Shown: positions 1-11,949 of the stretch, piece after piece
Layout: each line of letters starts with the position of its first letter
Numbering within the stretch: the first letter of the stretch is position 1
Assembly (NCBI GenBank): GCA_963514005.1
Contig: OY740797.1
Location: forward strand, 19,902,001 to 19,966,000
Source of the DNA: Raja brachyura
Taxonomy: Eukaryota
Direction: 5' to 3'
Length of the DNA: 64,000 nucleotides
Notes under the pieces: model-generated
The model's input: the letters and a program-made list of their open reading frames with translations, nothing else
The model's database searches: none
What the model was told of the DNA's origin: nothing
Translations under genes and position numbers: made by a program

Positions 1-124
1 CTATCACGTACCGTTTTTTCGCAAATATAAAAATCGCGCAAAGCAGAATATAACAAGATTAGTTTTAGTTAGGGAAAGATAGATGGGAAAGATAGATGGG
101 AAGGTGGATGGATAGATGGTTGGA

Positions 125-400
125 CTAGACCAAGTGGGAGCCTTTGGGCCCCGTTTCCCCCAATGCAATATTCCACCAATCACCCATTCCCGTTGTTACG
201 CCAGAGATCCCATTGTGACGCGAGCCATTGCATCCCCTCCACCAACAGCGACTCACCATACCTCTTCCTACCCCTATCCTCCTCCATTCCCTCTCATCCC
301 CTCCTCTTCACCCTCCCTCTTCTTTCCCCTCTCCTCCTCCCCTCCCTCACTCCCTCCCACAACTCTCCCTCCCTCTCCTGTCTGACATTGATTATTTTAG
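125..400 (-). mobile_element. Helitron-like non-autonomous element, 3' end
   Basis: Minus strand reads GGGGCC-CAAA-GGCTCC hairpin, then CACTTGGT-CTAG|T (CTAG 125-128). The same ACTAGACCAAGT terminus recurs at 23113 and 23743. The upper boundary is uncertain (pyrimidine-rich low complexity). Confidence 0.5.
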
Positions 401-403
401 GTT

Positions 404-612
404 TGTAGATTGATGTTGCATGTTAACCAATCACACACCAGCCAGCATCTTTAACTCCACCCCACTGTGATACTTATACTAATACTATTTCTCAGCACCG
501 ACATTTTGAGCAGTCAGGATGTGTTGATAATTAACCATCCTTCATGCTGTTAAGTTTTAGTACTGATTAAAGATGTGTTTGAATTATGTACTGAGTCTGG
601 AAGTCATTTACA
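404..612 (+). repeat. 5' LTR of the Gypsy element
   Basis: TGTAGATTG...CATTTACA; about 8 mismatches to the 3' LTR by eye. Confidence 0.92.
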
Positions 613-630
613 TGGCGTCAGAAGTGGGAT
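613..630 (+). other. Primer-binding site, tRNA-Leu(CAA)-like
   Basis: TGGCGTCAGAAGTGGGAT directly after the LTR; one mismatch to the complement of the vertebrate tRNA-Leu(CAA) 3' end as I recall it. Confidence 0.75.
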
Positions 631-1140
631 GCACTCCTTCTGTATAACATTTTTTTGTTTTACCCTTTGTGAGTTTTTATTTTGCTTTATGGTGGCCTCT
701 TCCTGTCGAAAGCCTGACCCTCTCGTCTTTGATGCAGATATCAGCGAACGCTGGGCCACAGTTCAAATTGATTACCGACACTACATGGACATTGCACACC
801 GAAATGAACCTGATGCTGTCAAGGCCTCTCTCCTACTCAACCTTGCGGGCCCAGATGTCCTTCGGCGATCCAGCACATTCAGTTATGCTCTGGCAGTCCA
901 ACGACCAGGTAATAACCGCAGCTGAATCTCCTGATGACCCCAATGTTATGATGCGTAAATTTAGCCAGATCTGTGACCAGCCCTCAAATCACATTTTGGA
1001 CAGGGCTAGGTTTTCTCTCGCCATCAACTCCCTGGTGAACGAATAGACTTGTTTATCTCAGACTTAATGTATTTAGCCCAGCGCAGCCGATTCCAAAATA
1101 TGCCGGTCGATCAGCTGACTGATCATTTAACAAGGGACAT

Positions 1141-4100
1141 AGAAACATAGAAATTAGGTGCAGGAGTAGGCCATTCACCCCTTCGAGCCTGCACCACCAT
1201 TCAATATGATCATGGCTGATCATCCAACTCAGTATCCCATACCTGCCTTCTCTCCATACCCTCTGATCCCCCTAGCCACAAGGGCCACATCTAACTCCCT
1301 CTTAAATATAGCCAATGAACTGGCCTAAACTACCCTCTGTGGCAGAGAGTTCCAGAGACTCGCCACTCTCTGTGTGAAAAAGGTATTTCTCATCTCGGTC
1401 TTAAAAGATTTCCCCCTTATCCTTAAGCTGTGACCCCTTGTCCTGGACTTCCCCAACATCGGGAACAATCTTCCTGCATCTAGCCTGTCCAACCCCTTAA
1501 GAATTTTGTAAGTTTCTATAAGATCCCCTCTCAATCTCCTAAATTCTAGAGAGCATAAACCGAGTCTATCCAGTCTTCCTTCATAAGACAGTCCTGACAT
1601 CCCAGAAATCAGTCTGGTGAACCTTCTCTGCACTCCCTCTATGGCAATAATGTCCTTCCTCAGATTTGGAGAAAACTGTACACAATACTCCAGGTGTGGT
1701 CTCACCAAAACCCTGTACAACTGAAGTAGAACCTCCCTGCTCCTATACTCAAATCCTTTTGCTATGAAAGCTAACACACCATTCGCTTTCTTCACTGCCT
1801 GCTGCACCTGCATGCCTACTCTCAATGACTGCTGTACCATGACACCCAGGTCTCATTGCATCTCCCCTTTTCCTAATCGGCCACCATTTAGATAATAGTC
1901 TGCTTTCCTGTTTTTACCACCAAAGTGGATAACCTCACATTTATCCACATTATACTGAATCTGCCAAACATTTGCCCACTCACCAAGCCTATCCAAGTCA
2001 CCTTGCAGTCTCCTAGCATCCTCTTCACAGCTAACACTGCCCCCCAGCTTAGTGTCATCCGCAAACTTGGAGATATTGCCTTAAATTCCCTCATCCAGAT
2101 CATTAATATATATTGTAAATAGCTGGGCTCCCAGCACTGAGCCTTGCGGTACCCCACTAGTCATTGCCTGCCATTGTGAAAAGGACCCGTTTACTCCTCC
2201 TCTTTGCTTCCTGTTTGCCTGCCAGTTCTCTATCCACATCAATACTGAACCCCCAATGCCGTATGCTTTAAGTTTGTATACTAATCTCTGTTGTGGGACC
2301 TTGTCGAAAGCCTTCTGGAAGTCCAGATACACCACATCCACTGGTTCTCCCCTGTCCACGCTACTAGTTACATCCTCGAAAAATTCCACAAGGTTCGTCA
2401 GACATGATTTGCCTTTCGTAAATCCATGCTGACTTTGTCCAATGATTTCACCACTTTCCAAATGTGCTGCTATCCCATCTTTAATAACTGACTCTAGCAG
2501 TTTCCCCACTACCCACTATTGTGTTAGACTAACTGGTCTAATTCCCCATTTTCTCTCTCCCTCCCTTCTTAAAAAGTGGGGTTAAGTTTGCTACCCGCCA
2601 ATCCTCAGGAACTACTCCAGAATCTAAAGAGTTTTGAAAGATTATCACTAATGCATCCACTATTTCCGGAGCTACTTCCTTAAGTACTCTGGGATGCAGC
2701 CTATCTGGCCCTGGGGATTTACCGGCCTTTAATCCATTCAATTTACCCAACACCACTTCCCGACTAACCTGAATTTCATTCAGTTCCTCCATCTCATTTG
2801 ACCCCCGGTCCCCTGATATTTCCGGCATATTATTTATGTCTTCCTCAGTGAAGACAGAACCAAAGTAGTTATTCAATTGGTCTACCATGTCCTTGTTCCC
2901 CATGATACCATTAGTTTCAATATAATTATGGAGAAGGACAGAACTGGGCCTAGGGTTGAGATTTTTGATGGGAGAAAGGCTAACTTTAACGAGATGCGAG
3001 ATGATTTAAAAGGAGTGAACTGGGACATTTTGTTTTATGGGAAAGATGTAGAGGAGAAATGGAGGACATTTAAAGGGGAAATTTTAAGAGTACAGAATCT
3101 TTATGTTCCTGTTCGGTTGAAAGGAACCAGTAAAAATTGGAAAGAGCCCTGGTTTTCAAGGGAAATTGGACATCTTGTTCGGAAAAAGAGGGAGATCTAC
3201 AATAATTATAGGCAGCATGAAGTATATGAGGTGCTTGAGGAGTATAAGGAATGTAAAAAGAACCTTAAGAAAGAAATTAGAAAAGCTAAAAGAAGATATG
3301 AGGTTGCTTTGGCAAGTAAGGTGAAAGTAAATCCAAAGGGTTTCTACAGCTATATTAATAGCAAAAGGATAACAAGGGATAAAATTGGTCCATTGGAGAG
3401 ACCGAGTGGACAGCTATCTGCAGAGCCAAAAGAGATGGGGGAGATATTGAACAATTTCTTTTCTTCGGTATTCACCAAGGAGAAGGATATTGAATTATGT
3501 GAGGTAAGGGAAACTAGTAGAGTAGCTATGGATACTATGAGTTTCAAAGTAAAAGAAGTACTGACACTTTTGAAAAATATAAAAGTGGATAAGTCTCCAG
3601 GTCCTGACAGGATATTCCCTAGGACATTGAGGGAAGTTAGTGTAGAAATAGCCGGGGCTATGACAGAAATATTTCAAATGTCATTAGAAATGGGAATAGT
3701 CCCCGAGGATTGGCGTACTGCGCATGTTGTTCCATTGTTTAAAAAGGGTTCTAAAAGTAAACCTAGCAATTATAGGCCGGTTAGTTTGACTTCAGTGGTG
3801 GGCAAATTAATGGAAAAGATACTTAGAGATAATATATATAAGTATCTGGATAAAGAGGGTCTAATTAGGAACAGTCAACATGGATTTATGCCTGGAAGTT
3901 CATGTTTGACTAATCTTCTTGAATTTTTTGAAGAGGTTACCAGGGAAATTGACGAGGGTAAAGCAGTGGATGTTGGCTATATGGACTTCAGTAAGGCCTT
4001 TAACAAGGTTCCTCATGGAAGGTTGGTTAAGAAGGTTCAACTGTTGGGTATAAATGCAGGAATAGCAAGATGGATTCAACAGTGGCTGAATGGGAGAAGC

Positions 4101-6347
4101 CAGAGGGTAATGGTGGATGGCTGCTTGTCGGGTTGGAGGCAGGTGACTAGTGGGGTGCCTCAGGGATCTGTGTTGGGTCCTTTGTTGTTTGTCATGTACA
4201 TCAATGATCTGGATGAAGGGGTGGTAAATTGGATTAGTAAGTATGCAGATGATACCAAGATAGGGGGTGTTGTGGATAATGAAGAGGATTTCCAAAGTCT
4301 ACAGAGTGATTTAGGCCAGTTGGAAAAATGGGCTGAAAGATGGCAGATGGAGTTTAATGCTGATAAATGTGAGGTGCTACACCTTGGCAGGACAAATCAA
4401 AATAGGACGTACATGGTAAACGGTAGGGAATTGAAGAATACAGTTGAACAGAGTGATCTGGGAATAACCGTGCATAGTTCCTTGAAGGTGGAATCTCATA
4501 TAGATAGGGTGGTAAAGAAAGCTTTTGGTATGCTAGCCTTTATAAATCAGAGCATTGTGTATAGAAGCTAGGATGTAATATTAAAATTGTACAAGGCATT
4601 GGTGAGACCAAATCTGGAGTATGGTGTACAATTTTGGTCGCCCAATTATAGGAAGGATGTCAACAAAATAGAGAGGGTACAGAGGAGATTTACTAGAATG
4701 TTGCCTGGGTTTCAACAGTTACAGAGATAGGTTGAATAAGTTAGGTCTTTATTCTCTGGAGCGCAGAAGGTTAAGGGGGGACTTGATAGAGGTCTTTAAA
4801 ATGATGAGAGGGATAGACAGAGTTGATGTGGACAAGCTTTTCCCTATGAGAATAGGGAAGATTCAAACAAGAGGACATGACTTTAGAATTAAGGGACAGA
4901 GGTTTAGGGGTAACATGAGGGGGAACTTCTTTACTCAGAGAGTGGTAGCAGTGTGGAATGAGCTTCCAGTGGAAGTGGTGGCGGCAGGTTCGTTGGTATC
5001 ATTTACAAATAAATTGGATAGGCATATGGATGAGAAGGGTATGGAGGGTTATGGTATGAGTGCAGGCAGGTGGGACTAAGGGAAAAGAGTTGTTCGGCAT
5101 GGACTTGAAGGGCTGAGATGGCCTGTTTCCATGCTGTAATGGTTATATGGTTATATGATCAATTCCCCAGTTTCTGACTGCAAGGGACCTACATTTGTTT
5201 TAACTAATCTTTTCCTCTTCACATATCTATAAAAGCTTTTGCAGTCCGTTTTTATGTTCCCTGCCAGTTTTCTTTCGTAATCTATTTTTCCTTTCCTAAT
5301 TAAGCACTTTGTCCTCTTCTGCTGGTCTCTGAATTTCTCCCAGTCCTCTGGTATGCTGCTTTTTCTGACTACTTTGTACGCATCATCCTTTGCTTTGATA
5401 CTATCCCTGATTTCCCTTGTAATTCACGGATGCACTACCTTCCCTGATTTATTCTTTTGCCAAACTGGGATGAACAATTTCTGCAGTTCATCCATGCAGT
5501 CTTTAAATGTCTTCCATTGCATATCCACCGTCAAACCTTTTAGAATTAATTGCCAGTCAATCTTGGCCAATTCACCTCTCATACCCTCAAAGTTACCTTT
5601 CTTTAAGTTCAGAACCATTGTTTCTGAATTAACAATGTCACTCTCCATTCTAATGAAGAACTCAACCATATTATGGTCACTCTTGCCAAGGGGGCACGTA
5701 TAACAAGACTACTAACTACCCCTTCCTCATTACTCAAAACCCAGTCTAAAATAGCCTGCTCTCTCGTTGGTTCCTCTACATGTTGATTTAGATAACTATC
5801 CCACATACATTCCAAAAAATCCTCTTCCTCAGCACCCCTGCCAATTTGATTCACCCAATCTATATGTAGATTGAAGTCACCCATTATAACTGTTTTTTCT
5901 TTGTCGCACGCATTTCTAATTTCCTGTTTGATACCATTCCCAACTTCACTACTACTGTTAGGTGGCCTGTACACAACACCCACCAGCGTTTTCTGCCCCT
6001 TAGTGTTTCGCAGCTCTACCCATACCGATTCCACATCCTCCAAGCTAATGTCCTTCCTTTCCATTGCGTTAATCTCCTCTCTAACCAGCAACGCTACCCC
6101 ACCTCCTTTTCTTTTCTTTCTATCCCTCCTGAATATTGAATATCACTGGATGTTCAGCTCCCAGCCTTGGTCACCCTGGAGCCATGTCTCCGTGATCCCA
6201 ACTATATCAATCATTAATAGTTATCTGCACATTCAACTCATCCACCTTATTATGAATACTCCTTGCATTGAGACACAAAGCCTTCAGGCTTGTTTTTACA
6301 ACGCTCTTACCCCTTATACAATTATGTTGAAAAGTGGCCCTTTTTGT
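1141..6347 (-). mobile_element. CR1 LINE (family A), 5'-truncated and degraded, split by a second CR1
   Basis: APE fragment (5609-6091, VYRPP...GDFN), RT fragments (2081-2509 [19 protein letters not shown]; 1325-1840), (TTTCTATG)n tail at ~1141, GGACAT duplicated at 1135-1140 and 6348-6353. Confidence 0.93.
2907..5154 (+). mobile_element. CR1 LINE (family B), 5'-truncated, nested in CR1-A
   Basis: 564-aa ORF2 fragment 2877-4571 ([23 protein letters not shown]) plus 4732-5079; (ATGGTTAT)n tail; ATGAT duplicated at 2902-2906 and 5155-5159. Confidence 0.94.
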
Positions 6348-7588
6348 GGACATTTTAGTGAATGACATTACTGACCTAATGCTCAGATCAGAGCTTCTGA
6401 GACAGCAAGATTTGACTCTGGTTGAAGCAGCACATGCATTCAGACATTCAGCGGAATTCATCGACCCTATAGACAATTCACATGAAACCAAAACCATCAA
6501 TCTGACAGGCTCCACTAGGCAGCGAACCAACACAGATAACAGGTGATTTATGACCCAAGCCAGTCAGGTGGCTCTTGGTGATCCTCAGAAAAAATGCCCA
6601 AATTGCAACTACTCACACAGCAGACAATCAGCTTGCCCCGCTTTTGGTAAATCCAAAAAAAGACACTTCTCTACCTTTGGCGCTCCCGTCAGCCTGAGAA
6701 CAGACAACGGTTGGCAGATCACCAGCCCCATATTCAAGCTTTTTGCAGACCGACGGAACTTCCAGCATGTCACGAGCAGTCCCGAGTATCCACAGAGTAA
6801 TGGTCTCGCTAAACGCGCTGTCAGAAGCGCCAAACACTTGCTAGTGCGAGCACAGATTTCAAAGTCAGACTTTGTCTCGATCTCCTGAATCTCAGAAATG
6901 TTGCCAGGAACAGAACCCTGGCATCGCCAGCACAGCGACTGATGTCGAGATTGACGAGGCCTCCGGTACCCATCGCTCAACAGCAACTGGTTCCTCAGGT
7001 GCTGAAGCCTGCCACTATCCAGAAACGTCTCCAAGAGAAGCATGACATCCAGAAACGGTCATATGACAGTTCCAGCAGACCACTCAGGCCTTTACTTCTG
7101 GGTCAGGTCATCCATCTATGAACTTCAACTGGACATTCCCGTCTGGGCACTGTGGTCAACCCGACTGACTAGCCACAGTCTTACCTGGTAGGCTGTGAGG
7201 GAGCGGTGTACCGGAGACGTCGACAACATCTGCTTGCTGTGAGGGAGCCTCGACCACCGCCTGCTGGTCCCTATGCTCCACCGCTCCAGTTCCAGCTGCG
7301 TTTTGCAATGTCTCCCACTCGTCCCTGCATGCCTTGCACCCCTCCACGTTCCATGGTCTCCACTAACCACGGGGCCTCTCCCACCGCATGTTTCCCCTTT
7401 CGGTCACCACAGGCCTCCATCACGTCATTCTCACCTCCAGGCTCTCTGTCTCATCTTTCAAGTGAGGGAGGGGAGGGTTTGGTCCGCATGTGCTCGGGCC
7501 GTGTTAGTACACCACCAGAAAGATATGGCGAGTATGTTTAACCCCATGCCATGAGTGTCCTTTCAAACTTAACCTTTGGGGGGAAGGA

Positions 7589-7797
7589 TGTAGATTGATG
7601 TTGCATGTTAACCAATCACACACCAGCCAGCATCTCCAACTCCACCCCACTGTGATACTTATACTAATACTATTTCTCAGTACCGGCAGTTTGAGCAGTC
7701 AGGATGTGTTGATAACTAACCATCCTTCATGCTGTTAAGTTTTAGTACTGATTAAAGATGTGTTTGAATCATGTTCTGAGTCTGGAAGTCATTTACA
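7589..7797 (+). repeat. 3' LTR of the Gypsy element
   Basis: Direct repeat of 404-612, preceded by a polypurine tract. Confidence 0.92.
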
Positions 7798-8494
7798 AGA
7801 TTGATCTTGTGAGATAATGAGATATTGGTGAGAAAGAGTACAGAAAGGTTACTTTGTAATGACAACATTTTCTATTCATCTTGGACGTACCTTTTCGAAG
7901 TACCATCGACAAACAAACTGTAAATGACCATGGATTCAGTTCAGCACCACAATGTGAATCATATTTTATATATTACAGCTACAGACTCTAATGATTGTTT
8001 TACAATGGCATATAATTTGGACCATACCTATATATTTTGTAAAACACCAAAGCATTGATTTCATTTTTTGTTTATTAAACAGAACATTCACAATTAAAAT
8101 ATGCAAGTCGCTGTTGATTCAGGACTTGTGAGTCATTATGCACTTGGGTTCGCAAGGCATTCAAATTATAGATGGAATGTTAAAACCTCGTCCCTCCAAC
8201 GAGGCACCAGCTTCATCCACTTGCATCCGATGCCATTGCGCAGCTAAATTAAAAACGAATAAAAAACGAATCGGCTATAAGCAATTAAATTTGTTCTTGG
8301 TGTATAATATCGAACATGTTGAAAAGGGACGATTTTTGGTTCAAATATATTATCGCCCTTCTTCGGCTGTCTTTGCGAAGTTTTGATGAATGAAAGATAC
8401 AACATGGAAACAGGTCCGTTGGCCCACCGAGTCCACGCCGACCACCGATCACCCGTTTATGTCATCCCGTTGACTTCTTACACGCTCGTCGTGA

Positions 8495-8587
8495 GTCTGA
8501 GAAGGGTCTCGACCCGAAACGTCGCCTATCTCCTTCGCTCCTTAGATGCTGCTGCACCCGCTGAGTTTCTCCATCTTTTTGTGTACC
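8495..8587 (+). mobile_element. Penelope-like 3' tail fragment
   Basis: GAAGGGTCTCGACCCGAAACGTCGCCTATCTCC... matches the 3' end of the GIY-YIG-bearing fragment at 41370-41977. Confidence 0.7.
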
Positions 8588-10345
8588 CCAGTACTAATGT
8601 TGTTGCTTATCCACTTTACTTTTTTTTTGCCTTAATTGCTTACATTTACCAATGTAAAATGTCGCGGAACGATTTGTTACTTGTCTCGGTGTAAACACGC
8701 ATTTCCTATTGTTTGATTTTAGTCTCCTAAAAGTTTTAATCAAAACGAAGAATTTGGAGTACAGTCATCATAAAGATAGTAAGTGGTAATTGGAGGAGAC
8801 TTTATCTCCTGGCTCGCTCAACTCCAAATGTAGGCTTACTAAACTATATGACCCTGAAGAGAATTAAAAGTTCTTGATTCCGTTACCATTGTACATCAGT
8901 ATGTTACTTTTTTAAAAATAGTTCCTGTTTATTATACCAATGTGTCGATTCAAATAAATGATGGGTATCGCACAGAAATGCTTCAGTTTCGGGATTACTG
9001 TGCTGTATGGTATTCTGCTTTCTGCAAGTAATTTTTAGCAAGCATTGTTACAATGATGCAGTGATCCTGGAGTGAGGCTGAAAAGGAGAAGTGAAAAGCG
9101 CAGTGGAAATTATCACTCGCATTTCGCACGGATCTACTGCATTGGTGTGCTCCAGTGACTTTGCAATGCAATGATAAGACAAACTGCTATCTGCCTTTTT
9201 TCATGGGTAAGCCAATCAATGATCAGGAAAAGTGAAAGCACGAATGTCTACCCAACTGAGAATAACTTATGACATTGAGTATTTTTGCTGGAAACTAAAT
9301 ATGGGAACATAGCATTTCGTATTTCATAGCATTCTACTTTCTTATTTTTATCTGCAATAGACAAATTCCAACAGTGAGCCTGGCTTTCATCGAATTTTAA
9401 AATGGTCACTTGTTTTCTACCCTCTAACAATTATCACTCTTAATTCTGGACGCAACAAATGAAACTTTGGGCCTATACTCAACAAATAGTCTACCATCTG
9501 AACTGTATTTGGATTGTCAGTTACACGTCTTTTTTGAAGTATTCACATCTGCGTACACCGTGTTGTTCTGTTTGGATGCTGATGTTTTCTTGGGGTTGTG
9601 ATGTTGCACAGTTGAGTAGGTCAGCTTGTCATGTCCACCTCCTTCAGTCTGCGAAAGTAATTAATGATCGGCGATTAGGCAATCATTCAGTGACGAATTT
9701 GAGCATACTGATTTAAAATAAAATGTTATGCAACCCATCAGTTGTCATTTTCACAATGGTATCGATTTGCACAGATTTATTTTTGGCTATACGTTTCTGC
9801 TTGATATTGAGTTTAAACCCGATGAGCCGTTCTTGTCCCACAAAACAATTATTTTCTTTTTCTTTTATGTCAACTTCGATGTAATTAAGAAAGTTAGGAG
9901 AATTGGTGAATGCTCAAAATTGTATCCGCAGTACTAAATATTTCGCATAATACGAAGCCCCTTTTAAAGTGTATTTGTGGGATTGGCGGGAATCCATTTC
10001 GCATGTAGAGCCCAAGAGGTGGTTCGCAGACTGAAGCTACCGGCACCTCTCCAACAGACACCGCGGCTCACGGCTTCATCAGTGGCACCGAAATGCAATA
10101 GAATATAAGTTGCTATACTTCTTATGGCTCTGCGTCCCCAGTTTGTGACACGAGTTGACTATTCGGTGGATAATTTGAACGTCTTGTTTACTCTCTTTTC
10201 CCAGGTCATTGTCTGGCATTTGTATTTAGTTTCGCTCTGATTATGAGAACTGGGTAGGTTTGTGTGTCCCTAGCTTCCCACCCTTTGCTTCTTCACATAC
10301 AATTTACATTTGAATTTAAACCCGAATAAGGAAAGGAAAATTATA

Positions 10346-10351
10346 TTTATT
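10346..10351 (-). terminator. Polyadenylation signal AATAAA of the IgSF gene
   Basis: TTTATT on the + strand, ~57 nt past the stop codon at 10408. Confidence 0.55.
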
Positions 10352-10407
10352 CTGTGATGTGCAGTGGGTGATATGTTTTACTTAAATTAAGATTTGCTAT
10401 TGTGCAC

Positions 10408-10605
10408 TTATATTTTCCCTGCAGTTTGGAAAAAGCAACTACATTTGGAACAATGCTCATTTAATATCTTACTTGCGCTGTCCAGGGGATTTACCTGTGA
10501 AGAGACGACATGCTGTTCTTCTTGTGGACCATTTGAAAATCCTTTGTTCTCGCTTAAATTCAGTGTAGCATAGGCAGCGGTATGTTCAATTGGTGCTTGT
10601 CTCAC
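10408..10605 (-). CDS. IgSF VJ-C1 receptor copy 1, exon 6 (terminal cytoplasmic exon with tyrosine motif)
   Basis: Acceptor ttttctaatag|GTG, phase 0. Encodes VRQAPIEHTAAYATLNLSENKGFSNGPQEEQHVVSSQV...GKI*. AATAAA downstream. A possible internal donor CAG|GTAAAT at 10495 cannot be excluded. Confidence 0.75.
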   Translation of the reverse strand: MRQAPIEHTAAYATLNLSENKGFSNGPQEEQHVVSSQVNPLDSASKILNEHCSKCSCFFQTAGKI

Positions 10606-11949
10606 CTATTAGAAAATTACATTTAATGTTGCGGGTGACCAGGCTATAGGGAACTCGAATTGTATCTGGGGCTGAAAATCGATGCACGCGGGATATAGAG
10701 GAATAGATTAACATTTCACTTGCTCTCAATGATATTACCAACTATGTCATCTCAAGAAAGGTGGTGGACAATCCTAGCGCACAATGAAGTTGATTTTTAA
10801 ACAGCCACTGAAAACAATCCTCCAAATGGAAACGTTTCCTCAAATCCTCTCATCTCTTTTTGTCATCGCTCATTTCCAGATTCCTACGCACTTCTATGCT
10901 TTCCGCATTGGCGACGCCCAAATTCCTTTCTCTACTGTAGCCTGACATTATTGCATTTATTGGCGGAACCAAAGATTGAAAGTCCTAGGCGATTCCTTCA
11001 TGGGTTCCAAAAAGATAATGTTTCATGTTGCCTGATTTGCCATTGCAGAGTGGAGCTCATTGTTCCTTGTTACCTGGAATAGCAAAAACAGCTAAAAATA
11101 GGGACGGAGGTCCAAGGCCTAGGCCTTTGTGCTAGTAAATTATTTACGGCATGACTGAAGCCGATACACTCATTCGTAAAAGCAGCTCAAGTGATGGCAT
11201 GGCATGTAAGGGGAAGGAAATTATAATAAATATTTAACAGCGACTATTTGGGCGTCTAAGTAAAATATTGCTCACAATTTTGAGTTGTATACTTCAGGAA
11301 GAATTTCGAACACTGGACGAACTTGTTAAAGCATATTATTATGGAATCAATAATAAGTCACTATGGCCTTGGGAAAGTGAAAGGTAGTTCCATCGTTGCC
11401 TTTATACCAAATACCATTAAATGTTAATTTAAGAAATCCATTAAAATAAAAGCGTGCAACATATTAAGCATGCAGAAGCTATCATCCACGTTAAAGGATA
11501 CAAATGCTTTAGATTTAATGTCGTTGCCAGAAAAATCTAGGTGTGTAAATTAAAATATGCACATCCTGGAAATCAGAGGTAAAACAAGAAAATATGCTGA
11601 AAATCACAGCTGATCACGTTGTGTAAATCGAAACGCTGACATTTTCAAGCAATTGTAGGAGGGGTATTGAATCTGAAAATTAACAGTTTCTCTTTCCACA
11701 AATGCTGCCCGAACTGCGGTGATTTTCCAGATATTTCTGATTGAATCTCAATGCGAGATGACGACACATTTATGTTTTAGGCCGCGTGATGGGAACCAGC
11801 ATGAACCAGCAGGCGAGTGTATTGGCGAATACATTTATCCTATATCCTTGTTAGATTCTAATGTTCCTATCTGATTAAATATCGCTCTAATCGAAAAAAT
11901 AAAATAAACTAACCAAACAAATGCAAGGCAGCAGGCCTCGATTGCAACT

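Larger units (their letters stand above)
404..7797 (+). mobile_element. Internally deleted Gypsy/Ty3 LTR retrotransposon with nested CR1 insertions
   Basis: Two 209-bp TG...CA LTRs (404-612, 7589-7797), PBS 613-630, PPT 7578-7588, near-TSD AGGTT/AGATT. Gag pieces at ~688-1134 and 6354-6650 (knuckle CPNCNYSHSRQSAC) and integrase motifs (RTDNG, SSPEYPQSNGLAKRAV) at ~6660-6850. No PR/RT/RH. Confidence 0.9.

Noticed and set aside
3350-4295. Antisense ORFs over CR1 and DIRS coding regions
   Set aside because: Shadow frames of retroelement ORFs that recur wherever the element recurs
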